Shown: piece by piece, positions 19,006-27,829 of the stretch
Position numbering within the stretch: position 1 is the stretch's first letter
How the letters are laid out: each line of letters opens with the position of its first letter
Source of the DNA: Pseudomonadota bacterium
GTDB lineage: Bacteria > Desulfobacterota > Binatia > UBA1149
Reading direction: 5' to 3'
DNA length: 64,000 nucleotides
NCBI GenBank assembly: GCA_014382245.1
Contig: JACNKC010000057.1
Span: 174-64,173 of the forward strand
Notes under the pieces: generated by a model
Database searches by the model: none
Seen by the model: only the letters and a program-made list of their open reading frames with translations
What the model was told of the DNA's origin: nothing
Translations under genes and position numbers: made by a program

Positions 19006-20148
19006 TTGCCGCGGGGTACCTGGGTGGCTGATGATTACGAAGCGGTGATGGCGGCCGCGGTGGGCCCGCTGCTTGCCAGTCTTGACGGCTTCGAGCAGCT
19101 GCAGCGCCGGCTGCATCCGCCCGAGCTGCCCGCCCTGCGCGCAGCCATGAAACCGGTGGGACAGCGCCTGGCCTCGGGGCTTGACGGCATTGCGGCTGCC
19201 AGCCCGCCCGAGGCCTTGCGCGGCTTTAATGACCAGCTGTTGGCCGGTGGCCGATCGCTTGCCGAGGCCTTCGATCTTTTCTGCTCAGAGGCGGCGGCCG
19301 AGCAGGCCATCATGCAGGTGCTCGCGTCGATGGGTGCCTTCACCCGTTCGCTCGAACAACTCTACCCACTGCGCACCTTCCCGCCGCTCGGGCGATTCTT
19401 TGTCGAACAGGAGTTTCACGATCGCCTCGACGAGCTTGATCCCGAGTCGCGCGAGGGCGTGGCCACGGGGGTGCACCTGGGCGGTGACGCCAACGATCGC
19501 AAGGCCCGCGGTGGCTTCGCGCTCTACGTTCCCGAGTGGTGGGACGGCAGCGCCGAGATGCCGCTCGTGGTAGCCCTGCACGGAGGCTCGGGCGACGGGC
19601 GCGGTTTCATGTGGAGCTGGCTGAGAGAGGCCCGCGGCCGTGGGTTTTTTCTGCTCGCCCCCACCGCCCAGGGCTCGACCTGGTCGATGATGGGCGAAGA
19701 CATCGACGGCCCGGCCCTGCGGGCCATGGTAGAGCTGGTCGCCGAGCGCTGGCCGGTAAAGCGCTCGAGTATCCTGCTCACCGGCCTGTCCGACGGTGCG
19801 ACTTACTCGCTGCTCACCGGCCTTGCCGAAGACTCACCCTTTACCGCGTTTGCTCCGATGTCGGGGGTACTGCACCCCGGAAATCTCGAGCGAGGCAACA
19901 TGCAGCGCGCCGCGGGCAGGCGTATTTATCTCGTGCATGGCGCCTTGGACTGGATGTTCCCGGTGGAAACAGCGCGCTGGGCGGCCGGGCAGCTGGGCGA
20001 TGCCGGCGCCGAGCTGGTGTACCGCGAAATAGAGGACCTGTCGCATACCTATGCCCGCGACGAAAACGACCGTATACTGGATTGGTTCGATGCTTCGCTG
20101 GCCCTGCCCGGCGACGGCGAGAAGAACAAGGGAGGAAACGAAACATGA
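19006..20148 (+). CDS. Alpha/beta hydrolase, esterase/PHB-depolymerase-like family
   Basis: VVALHGGSGDGRGFMWSW... and the nucleophile elbow LTGLSDGA are typical of phospholipase/carboxylesterase/PHB-depolymerase-type esterases. Its stop overlaps the next gene's start (ATGA). Confidence 0.65.
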   Translation: MPRGTWVADDYEAVMAAAVGPLLASLDGFEQLQRRLHPPELPALRAAMKPVGQRLASGLDGIAAASPPEALRGFNDQLLAGGRSLAEAFDLFCSEAAAEQAIMQVLASMGAFTRSLEQLYPLRTFPPLGRFFVEQEFHDRLDELDPESREGVATGVHLGGDANDRKARGGFALYVPEWWDGSAEMPLVVALHGGSGDGRGFMWSWLREARGRGFFLLAPTAQGSTWSMMGEDIDGPALRAMVELVAERWPVKRSSILLTGLSDGATYSLLTGLAEDSPFTAFAPMSGVLHPGNLERGNMQRAAGRRIYLVHGALDWMFPVETARWAAGQLGDAGAELVYREIEDLSHTYARDENDRILDWFDASLALPGDGEKNKGGNET

Positions 20149-20534
20149 CTATCGATCTATGGATGCTGGTTTACTGTTGTACCCTGGCGCTGCTTAGCCC
20201 CGCGTTGTACCTGGTCGGACGTTTCGGAGCGGCCGGTGGCATGGAGTGGCTGCTGGGCAACCGCGACAGCTCGCTCGGTGTGCCAGCGTGGACCGACCGT
20301 GCCGTGCGTGCCCACTACAACCTCATCGAGAGCCTGGTACCGTTTGCCGCTCTCGTGCTGGTGGCCCACACGGCGGGCCTGGCCAACGAGACCACGGCCC
20401 TGGGCGCCACGGTGTTTTTCTGGGCCCGCGTTCTTTACGTGCCAGTGTATACGGCCGGCCTTCGGCCCTGGCGCACGCTGGTCTGGTTCGTGGGCCTGGG
20501 CGGGCAGATCATGATACTGGGCGAGTTGCTCTGA
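20145..20534 (+). CDS. MAPEG-family membrane protein (130 aa)
   Basis: About 130 aa, four predicted TM segments, with the Arg/Tyr-rich loop (RAVRAHYNLIESLVPF...FWARVLYVPVY) typical of MAPEG/MGST-like proteins. Strong RBS GGAGGA and ATGA overlap with the esterase stop. Confidence 0.65.
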   Translation: MTIDLWMLVYCCTLALLSPALYLVGRFGAAGGMEWLLGNRDSSLGVPAWTDRAVRAHYNLIESLVPFAALVLVAHTAGLANETTALGATVFFWARVLYVPVYTAGLRPWRTLVWFVGLGGQIMILGELL

Positions 20535-20544
20535 AGCGTAGCGA

Positions 20545-20922
20545 TCAGTCGCGCCAGGCCAGCAGTTGCAGCATGGATCTGCCAGTGACGCGCAGGGTGC
20601 CGAAGACATAAACCAGGCCGATCATGCCGTCGAAGACCACCAGCCCGTAGAGCTCCTCGCCCGCCAATCCAGCGGGTACCGCGTAAAGGACCGCGGCGGC
20701 GGCCGACAGTCTGACCAGGCCTTGCCAGACGATGACCGGCGCGCGTCCAGCTATGTCTTTTGACGCCCACACCAGGCATGCCGCAGCCATCATCAAGAAC
20801 ATGCCCAGTGTCAACAGCGGTACGAAGTGCTGGGGCACCGGGTCGGAGACTGCCCCGTACCAGGTACCCAGCCCCACCAGGTAGTCCAGGGCACCGGTGA
20901 TAAGAACAAATTTCTGCAACAT
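20545..20922 (-). CDS. Hypothetical small integral membrane protein (125 aa)
   Basis: Three to four hydrophobic segments with no recognisable motif. Coding-like codon usage in an otherwise unassigned gap. Confidence 0.35.
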   Translation of the reverse strand: MLQKFVLITGALDYLVGLGTWYGAVSDPVPQHFVPLLTLGMFLMMAAACLVWASKDIAGRAPVIVWQGLVRLSAAAAVLYAVPAGLAGEELYGLVVFDGMIGLVYVFGTLRVTGRSMLQLLAWRD

Positions 20923-20981
20923 GCTTGTCTCTCCTTTATTTCGGTTCGTGGTCCTTTCCGCCCCTTGCCTCGCGCAGGGGA

Positions 20982-22244
20982 TCAGTCCTCACCCGCGGCC
21001 TCGGCGTCAAATTCAATGTACATCTCTTTTACGCCCGAGATGAAATTGGACACCAGCTGACGGTGCTCGCCCAGCAGGCGGGGGTTGCGCAGGCGCGGTA
21101 TCATTTCTTCGAACATAACGGTCAGCTCCTTGCGCGCCAGGTGTGAGCCCAGGCAGAAGTGCTGGCCTATGCCGAAGGTGCGGTGCTCGCTTTTGAGCTC
21201 GGGCATACGCTGCGCGCGGGTCACGTCGAAGGCTTCCGAATCGGGTCCGAACACCGACTGCTCGTGGTTGGCCGAAGGGTAATACATGCGCAGGATGTCG
21301 CCTTTTTTTACCTGCTTGTCGCCCACGGTGACGTCGCGGGTGGCGGTGCGCTGCATGTAGTTGAAGGACGGATGATAGCGCAGGATTTCTTCTACCGCGC
21401 CTGGTATCAGCGAGGGGTCGTCTACCAGCAGTTGCAGTTGCTCGGGGTGCTCGATGAGCAGGCGCATGCCCTGGCTGGTGGCCGTTCTCGTGGTCTCGAT
21501 TCCGCCGGCGATCAGTATCAGGAAGAAGGCGCAAAACTCGAATTCGTCGAGGGCCTCGCCTTCGACCACGCCGTTGAGCAGGGCGTCGAGCACGGTGCCC
21601 TCCCTGGGATTGGTCTTGTGCTCGGCGGCCAGGCCCATGGCGATTTCGAACAGGCGCGCTGCAGCCAACTGGCCGTCTTCCGAGCTCACGTTGAGCTCGG
21701 GGTCGTCCATGCCGATCATCACGTCCACCAGGTCCGAGAATTCCTTGCGTTTTTCTGAGGGCATTTCCATGAGTGCGCAGATGACGAACAAGGGCATCTC
21801 GGCAGCCACCTCCGAGGCGAACTCGCAGCGTCCCCTCGCCGCGATCTTGTCGATGATCTCGCGGGCGCGTTCTCGCATCATGGGCTCGAGCGCATCGACA
21901 GCGCGCAAGGTGAAGGCGTTGCGTACAACCTTGCGGTACTGGTTGTGGTCGGGGGGATCCATGTTGATGATCAGCCGCCGCATGATTTCCTGCTCTGCCG
22001 GGTCGTCGCCGGCGGGATGCGGGTGCGCCATGTTTATCGACGACGAGAACAGGCCGGGGTTCTTGGAGACAAAATCTATCTCCTCTCGCCTGGTGAGCGC
22101 CCAGAACTCGCCCGAGTGCTCGGTCGCATCCTGCCTTGAGACCGGGCACTGGCTCCTGAGCGTGGCCAGGTCTTCAAACGGTATGCCGTGGCTCATGCGC
22201 TCGGGGTCCATGAGGTTGAACTGGTAGGGGCATTCGTCGTTCAT
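20982..22244 (-). CDS. Cytochrome P450 monooxygenase
   Basis: Canonical heme-thiolate signature FGIGQHFCLGSHLARKE (FxxGxHxCxG), the EEILRY (ExxR) motif and the AGGIETT I-helix oxygen-binding motif. 420 aa. Confidence 0.9.
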   Translation of the reverse strand: MNDECPYQFNLMDPERMSHGIPFEDLATLRSQCPVSRQDATEHSGEFWALTRREEIDFVSKNPGLFSSSINMAHPHPAGDDPAEQEIMRRLIINMDPPDHNQYRKVVRNAFTLRAVDALEPMMRERAREIIDKIAARGRCEFASEVAAEMPLFVICALMEMPSEKRKEFSDLVDVMIGMDDPELNVSSEDGQLAAARLFEIAMGLAAEHKTNPREGTVLDALLNGVVEGEALDEFEFCAFFLILIAGGIETTRTATSQGMRLLIEHPEQLQLLVDDPSLIPGAVEEILRYHPSFNYMQRTATRDVTVGDKQVKKGDILRMYYPSANHEQSVFGPDSEAFDVTRAQRMPELKSEHRTFGIGQHFCLGSHLARKELTVMFEEMIPRLRNPRLLGEHRQLVSNFISGVKEMYIEFDAEAAGED

Positions 22245-22324
22245 GTTATCTCCAGGGGGGTATCAGACGCCTCCCCCTTTTAGCGGGGCGGGGTTGGCTT
22301 GGCCAGCCCCGCGGTGCAGGGTGG

Positions 22325-23569
22325 TTGGCCATGGCTGACCTGCTTTTCACCAACGCGACCGTGCTCGACCTGGTCGCGGGCGAGCCGCGGCCAGGAATGA
22401 CCGTGCGCTGCGAGGGCGAACGCATAGTCGAGCTGACTGAGAGGGGCGCCCGGGCTGCCGGCGGCGACCTGCGCAGTATCGACTGCCGCGGTCGCACGCT
22501 GATGCCCGGTCTCATCGACGCCCACGTGCACGCGTCCATCACCACGCTCGACCTTTCCTCCATGCAGAACAAGCCGGCCACCCTGGTGGCTCACGAGGCC
22601 GCTGCGGTGTTGGGCGGTATGCTTGACCGTGGTTTTACCACCGTGCGCGACGCCGGCGGCAGCGACTGGGGCCTGGCCCAGGCCGTGGACAAGGGGCTGG
22701 TAAGGGGCCCGAGGATTTTTTACTCGGGCAGGGTGCTCAGCCAGACCGGCGGCCATGGCGATTTCCGTCCACGCACCGATGACGTGCCCGTCTGCGCGTG
22801 CAGCATTTATTCCGGCGGTTTTTCGCACGTGGCAGATGGCGTAACGGCGGTGAGAAAAGCGGCGCGCGAGGAGCTGCGGCGTGGCGCTACGCAGGTCAAG
22901 ATCATGGCCTCTGGCGGTGTGGCTTCGCCTACCGACCCGGTGTGGAACGTCCAGTACTCGCCCGAGGAAATGCGCGCCATAGTCGAGGAGGCCCGGGGCT
23001 GGCGCACTTATGCCATGGCCCACGCCTACACGCCCGAGGCTGTGACCCGGGCCGTTCAAGCCGGCGTGCGCACCATTGAGCACGGCAACCTGATAGACGC
23101 TGACACGGCGAGGTTGATGGCCGAACACGGTGCCTTCCTGGTTCCCACGCTGGTCATCTACCACGCGGCTGCCGAGACGGGTAGGCAGTTCGGTTTTCCC
23201 GAGACGAGTATGCGTAAGCTCGACGACGTGCTGCAAGCCGGTACGCGTTCATTGGAGCTCGCCCGCGAAGCTGGTGTAGAGATGGGCTTTGGCACCGACC
23301 TGCTGGGCGAAGTACACGACCAGCAGCTGCGCGAGTTCAGCTTGCGCGCCGAGGTGCTGCCGCCGATCGAAGTGCTGAGGTCGGCCACCACGGTGAACGC
23401 CCGTATACTCGACCGCGAGGGCGAGCTGGGAGTAGTGGCCGAGGGGGCGCTGGCTGACTTGCTGCTGGTGGACGGCAACCCGCTCGATGACCTGTCGTTG
23501 TTCGCCGACCCGTCCCGCGTACCGCTGGTAGTAAAGGCAGGGCAGGTGGCCGTGGAGAGGGACGCCTGA
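22325..23569 (+). CDS. Amidohydrolase family metallo-dependent hydrolase
   Basis: GLIDAHVHAS His-x-His metal-binding motif near residue 60 and the overall amidohydrolase-1 layout. 414 aa. Confidence 0.8.
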   Translation: MAMADLLFTNATVLDLVAGEPRPGMTVRCEGERIVELTERGARAAGGDLRSIDCRGRTLMPGLIDAHVHASITTLDLSSMQNKPATLVAHEAAAVLGGMLDRGFTTVRDAGGSDWGLAQAVDKGLVRGPRIFYSGRVLSQTGGHGDFRPRTDDVPVCACSIYSGGFSHVADGVTAVRKAAREELRRGATQVKIMASGGVASPTDPVWNVQYSPEEMRAIVEEARGWRTYAMAHAYTPEAVTRAVQAGVRTIEHGNLIDADTARLMAEHGAFLVPTLVIYHAAAETGRQFGFPETSMRKLDDVLQAGTRSLELAREAGVEMGFGTDLLGEVHDQQLREFSLRAEVLPPIEVLRSATTVNARILDREGELGVVAEGALADLLLVDGNPLDDLSLFADPSRVPLVVKAGQVAVERDA

Positions 23570-24669
23570 TGGGCACCGCGCCGAGGGGCTGCCGGCTGAC
23601 GACGGAAGGCGGTCTACCACTGCTGGTCGAGCCCGAACTGCCGGGGGCTGGCGAATTGGGCAAAAGCGAAGCCGCCGGTGGCGGCGTAGCTACGGCCGTG
23701 GGTCTGGCCGCTTGGCTCAGCGAGAACAGCGACTGGGTGCAGGCGCGCCTGCTGGAGCACGGCGCGCTGTTATTCCGTGGCTTTCGGGTTACCGCCGCAC
23801 CCGACTTTGAGTCCGTGGCGCGCGCGTTAGAGCCCGAACTTGGCACCGAGTATCTCGGCACTTCGCCACGCGAGCCGCTTCAGGGTAGCCGCTACGTGTT
23901 TTCGGCAAGTGAGCTGCCCTCGCATTATCCCATCGCCCAGCACGCCGAGATGAGCTTCGTGGCCAGGCCACCGCGACGCTTGTTTTTTTGTTGCTTCCAG
24001 GAGCCCGCCGATGGCAGTGGTGAAACCCCGGTCACGGATTTGCGCAGGGTCTGGAGTGAGCTCGACGCTGATCTCAAGCGGCGGCTGCTGGCCGGCGGCC
24101 TGCGCATAGTGCGCAACTACTGCGGCCCGGCGGCGAAATCGCGCAGCCCGTTCCAACTCAAGGGCTGGCACGAGATGTTTGGCACCACCGATCGAGGGGC
24201 GGTGGAGACAAAGTGCCGCCTGGAGGGCTTCGAAGTGAGCTGGCTCGAGGGCGACGCGCTGCGCCTGGTCCACACCCAGTCGCTTGTGCGCGACCATTCC
24301 GACACCGGCGAAACCGCGTGGCACAATCACCTGCAGGTCTTTCATCTATCCTCGGCCGCCGGTGAATACCGACGTATTTTCGCCTTGCGACCCACGTTGC
24401 GTAACTTTGCGGTCTGGCAGTTGGCGCGTTTGCTTACCTTGCTGCAGCGCCTGACACGCAGCAGTGAAGAGCAGGCTATGCACTGCACACGTCTCGATGG
24501 TGGTGAGATTGCGACCGCCGACGTGGAGGCGGTGCGCGACGCCATCTGGCGCAACATGGTGGTGACGCCGTGGCGACTTGGCGACGTCCTGGTGATCGAC
24601 AACCAGTCTACGGCGCACGGTAGGTTGCCTTACCGAGGCCGTCGCGAAATCGCCGTGGCCTGGGCTTGA
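23569..24669 (+). CDS. TauD/TfdA-like Fe(II)/2OG dioxygenase family protein (SyrP-like clade)
   Basis: HAEMSF (His-x-Glu/Asp facial triad), C-terminal NQSTAHGR second His and WLSENSDWVQARLLEHGALLFRGF resemble TfdA/TauD-like hydroxylases. TGATG overlap with the upstream amidohydrolase. Confidence 0.65.
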   Translation: MGTAPRGCRLTTEGGLPLLVEPELPGAGELGKSEAAGGGVATAVGLAAWLSENSDWVQARLLEHGALLFRGFRVTAAPDFESVARALEPELGTEYLGTSPREPLQGSRYVFSASELPSHYPIAQHAEMSFVARPPRRLFFCCFQEPADGSGETPVTDLRRVWSELDADLKRRLLAGGLRIVRNYCGPAAKSRSPFQLKGWHEMFGTTDRGAVETKCRLEGFEVSWLEGDALRLVHTQSLVRDHSDTGETAWHNHLQVFHLSSAAGEYRRIFALRPTLRNFAVWQLARLLTLLQRLTRSSEEQAMHCTRLDGGEIATADVEAVRDAIWRNMVVTPWRLGDVLVIDNQSTAHGRLPYRGRREIAVAWA

Positions 24670-24675
24670 CAGCAG

Positions 24676-25872
24676 TCAGGCGCCCTGGGCCGGCAGGGGC
24701 GTGTAACCGGCCTCGCGTATCGCTTCGCGGACCGTTTGCTCGTTGACATCACCCCATACGCTGGCACCGCCCGGCTCGAGCACGACGACCGCCGATTTGA
24801 CGCCCGGTGTCGCCAGCAGCGCTGTCTCCAGCCGCGTGCGGCAGTTGTTGCAGGTCATGCCTTCGACGGCCAGCTCGAGGTCGGCCGTCCTGCGCGAGGT
24901 CATGGCCCGGGTAAGCGCCGTGCGCAGTTCGCCCAGGGCAAAGCACGCGAGCGTGGCCGTGAGCAACAACGCTGAGCCCAGCTCCCACCAGGCCGGTCCG
25001 TTGCCGTGGTGGGGCAAGGCGCCGGTTCCCACGGGAAGCAGCGAGTCGAACAGCAGGCCGGCTGCAATGGATCCGACAACGATGGTACTCAGGTACACGC
25101 CCAGCGTGCGCCCACCCAGTGCGCGGTAGACGGCACCGATGGTGGCCACGTTGGTAGCCGGGCCAGCCATGAGAAACACCAGCGCGCTACCGGCCGGCAG
25201 GCCACCGGCAACCAGGGCCGCGGCTATGGGCACCGAGCCGGTCGCGCACACGTACAGCGGAACCGACACGGCCAGCACCGCCAGCATAGAGGCCATGCTG
25301 CCCAGCCCGGCCAGTGAGCCCGGCGGTACCCAGGTCGAGATTGCGGCCGACGCCAGCACGCCCACCGCGATCCAGCGCCATATGGTGCGAAGGATACTGA
25401 TCGAGTGTGACGCCATTCCCCGCAGGCTGCGCTCGACCTGTTCGTCGGGCGACTGTTGTTCGTCGCCTTGTACGGCTCCCGGCGAAACCGAGCCCGCCAG
25501 GTAACCGCCGGCTATGCCCGTGACCGCGGCCGCCGCTATTTTGAACAGGGCAAAGGGCCAGCCGAGGAACGACGCGCTCACCAGGGCCGAGTCAACACCG
25601 GTCTGCGGCGTGCTTATCAGGAATCCAACCGTGGCACCGCGATCGGCGCCGTCGCGACGTAAGCCCAGCGCGGCGGGGATGACCCCGCAGGAACAAAGCG
25701 GCAGCGGCACGCCCAGCGCGACGGCCTTGAGAACGCCCAGCCGCCCGCCCAGCTCGCGGTGTACGAAGCCGGCCGGGAGCGCGACGTGCAGCAGGCCGGC
25801 CACGACGGCGCCCAGCAGCAGCCAGGGTGCCAGCGAGAGCATCACGCCCCAGGCCTCGACCAGGAAAACCAT
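24676..25872 (-). CDS. Permease-family metal efflux/uptake protein with C-terminal heavy-metal-associated (HMA) domain
   Basis: Polytopic membrane protein with a conserved CSCG motif (PLPLCSCGVIPAALGL). C-terminal ferredoxin-like HMA domain has the GMTCNNC metal-binding site. It overlaps the CsoR-like gene by 1 nt. Confidence 0.75.
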   Translation of the reverse strand: MVFLVEAWGVMLSLAPWLLLGAVVAGLLHVALPAGFVHRELGGRLGVLKAVALGVPLPLCSCGVIPAALGLRRDGADRGATVGFLISTPQTGVDSALVSASFLGWPFALFKIAAAAVTGIAGGYLAGSVSPGAVQGDEQQSPDEQVERSLRGMASHSISILRTIWRWIAVGVLASAAISTWVPPGSLAGLGSMASMLAVLAVSVPLYVCATGSVPIAAALVAGGLPAGSALVFLMAGPATNVATIGAVYRALGGRTLGVYLSTIVVGSIAAGLLFDSLLPVGTGALPHHGNGPAWWELGSALLLTATLACFALGELRTALTRAMTSRRTADLELAVEGMTCNNCRTRLETALLATPGVKSAVVVLEPGGASVWGDVNEQTVREAIREAGYTPLPAQGA

Positions 25873-26159
25873 CAGCGCGCCCCTATGCGGCTGTAGCGCG
25901 AAAACACTTCCATCAGCTCGTCGACCTTGGCCGCGCGGTCGTCGGAACTGCCGCTTTCAAACGCGTGGCTGACGCAGGTCTCGATGTGGTTCGACAGTAT
26001 CATCTCGCCTGCGCGCCCGAGCGCGCCCTGGGCGGCCGCGACCTGGGTGAGCACGTCCACGCAGTAGGTGTCCTGCTCCACCATGCGCCGCAGGGCCGCC
26101 ACCTGCCCCTCGGCCCGGTTGAGCCGGGTCAGAACCTTCTTACGGGTCTCATCGTCCAT
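25872..26159 (-). CDS. CsoR/RcnR/FrmR-family metal-sensing transcriptional repressor
   Basis: About 95 aa from the internal Met (MDDETRKKVLTRLNRAEGQVAALRRMVEQDTYCVDVLTQ...HIETC). LxRLxRIEGQ-like helix, Y-C and H-x3-C fingerprint residues (CsoR-like Cys...His...Cys). It sits immediately upstream of the HMA permease. Confidence 0.75.
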   Translation of the reverse strand: MDDETRKKVLTRLNRAEGQVAALRRMVEQDTYCVDVLTQVAAAQGALGRAGEMILSNHIETCVSHAFESGSSDDRAAKVDELMEVFSRYSRIGAR

Positions 26160-26251
26160 GCCGTGAATATACCCCCAGGGGGTATATAGGTCAAGGGCTT
26201 GTTTCAGTGCTCGCATTGGCACGTGTCTCCCCTTTAGGTAACTAAGACCCC

Positions 26252-27829
26252 GTGGGCTGGGACAAGGAAACCGAGGGGATACGCGCGCGCCGCGAGGCCG
26301 CGCTGGCCATGGGTGGCGCCGAGGCCGTTGACCGTCAGCACGGCAAGGGCCGCCTGACGGTGCGCGAGCGTATTGACGTGCTGGTCGACGAGGGGAGCTT
26401 TGCCGAGCAGGGCCCGATGGCCGGTCACTCCGAGATCGACGACGAGGGACGCCTGGTCGAATTCACGCCGGGCAACTACGTGCTGGGCATGGCGCGCCTG
26501 GACGGTCGGCCCTGCGTGGTAGGGGGTGAGGATTTCACGCTCAAGGGCGGATCGCCCACGCCGGCCGGCCTGCGCAAGAGCGTCTACGCCGAGCAACTGG
26601 CCGTGCAGTACCGGGTGCCCCTGGTGCGCCTGCTCGAGGGTGGCGGCGGCAGCGTGGCCGGAACACGTGGCGGCAAGAACGCGGGCAAGGGTGGCGGCGG
26701 AGCCCACGCCGGCGATCCGGTTTACGTTACGCCCAGGTTCATGTCCTTTGCCGAGGCCATGGCGGCGGTGCCCGTGGTGTCGGTGGCACTGGGGCCGGTG
26801 GCGGGTTTCCCGGCTGCGCGCCTGGTGTCATCTCATTTCTCGATAATGGTGCGCGACACCTCGCAGGTGCTCATCGCCGGGCCGGCCGTCGTGGAGCGCG
26901 CGCTGGGCGAGAAGAAAACCAAGGAAGAACTCGGCGGCGCGGCCGTGCACATGCACAGCGGCGTGGTGGACAACCGGGCCGACGACGAAGCGGGTGCGCT
27001 GGCGCAGGTAAGGCGCTTTCTTTCCTACCTGCCCACCAACGTCTGGGAGCCGGCGCCCCGGGTGGCCCGCGACGACGATCCCGCCCGCGCCGAAAGCGAA
27101 CTCAACTCGATCATCCCGCGCGACCGTCGCAAGGCCTTCGACATCAGGCGGGTGTTGGAACTGGTATTTGACGCGGGCAGTTTCTTCGAGATGTCGGCCG
27201 GCTACGGGCCTTCGCAGGTCACCGGCCTGGCGCGGCTGGACGGACAGGCGGTGGGCGTGTGGGCCAACGACTGCCGCTTCTGGGCCGGCGCGATGGACGC
27301 CGACGGGGCGCAGAAGGCCAGGCGTTTCATTGACCTCTGTGACAGCTTTCACCTGCCTATTATCAGCCTGGTCGACGAACCCGGTTTCATGATTGGTACC
27401 GGGTCAGAGGCGGCCGGCACCATACGCTACGGCGCGCAGACCATATTTGCGGCCAACCAGTCATCGGTACCCTGGGCGGCGGTTCACCTGCGCAAGGCCT
27501 TCGGCGTGGCGGCCGCGGCCCATTTCGGCCCGGAGTCGTACGTGCTGACGTGGCCCTCGGCCGAAAGCGGTGCGCTGCCCGTCGAGGGTGGCGTGGCGGT
27601 GGCCTTCGGACGCGAGATAGCCGCCGCTGATGATCCCGACGCCCTTCGCAGCGAGCTGGAGGAACAGTTCGCCGCCTCGCGCACGCCGTTTCCCCGCGCC
27701 GAGTCTTTCGGAGTACACGATCTCATCGAGCCCGCCGAAACCCGCAGTCGCCTGTGCCGCTGGGTGGAGTGGATACAGCCACGCCTGGCCACGCTGGTGG
27801 GGCCCACCAGCCATTCGGTTCGACCCTAG
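26252..27829 (+). CDS. Acyl-CoA carboxylase carboxyltransferase (beta) subunit, PccB/AccD-like
   Basis: 525 aa, two carboxyltransferase half-domains. N-terminal RARREAALAMGGAEAVDRQHGKGRLTVRERIDVLVDEGSF is the classic propionyl-CoA carboxylase beta N-terminus. Confidence 0.85.
   Translation: MGWDKETEGIRARREAALAMGGAEAVDRQHGKGRLTVRERIDVLVDEGSFAEQGPMAGHSEIDDEGRLVEFTPGNYVLGMARLDGRPCVVGGEDFTLKGGSPTPAGLRKSVYAEQLAVQYRVPLVRLLEGGGGSVAGTRGGKNAGKGGGGAHAGDPVYVTPRFMSFAEAMAAVPVVSVALGPVAGFPAARLVSSHFSIMVRDTSQVLIAGPAVVERALGEKKTKEELGGAAVHMHSGVVDNRADDEAGALAQVRRFLSYLPTNVWEPAPRVARDDDPARAESELNSIIPRDRRKAFDIRRVLELVFDAGSFFEMSAGYGPSQVTGLARLDGQAVGVWANDCRFWAGAMDADGAQKARRFIDLCDSFHLPIISLVDEPGFMIGTGSEAAGTIRYGAQTIFAANQSSVPWAAVHLRKAFGVAAAAHFGPESYVLTWPSAESGALPVEGGVAVAFGREIAAADDPDALRSELEEQFAASRTPFPRAESFGVHDLIEPAETRSRLCRWVEWIQPRLATLVGPTSHSVRP

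Noticed and set aside
19536-20534. 332-aa ORF spanning the esterase 3' end and the MAPEG gene
   Set aside because: It is out of frame with the well-supported esterase and Arg/Ala/Pro-rich (a typical high-GC shadow ORF). Only its last 130 codons, the MAPEG protein from ATG 20145 with its own RBS, look real.
21013-22149. 378-aa alternative-frame ORF inside the P450 gene
   Set aside because: Extremely Arg/Pro/Gly-rich translation. The co-located frame encodes the canonical P450 heme-binding loop, so this is a shadow ORF.
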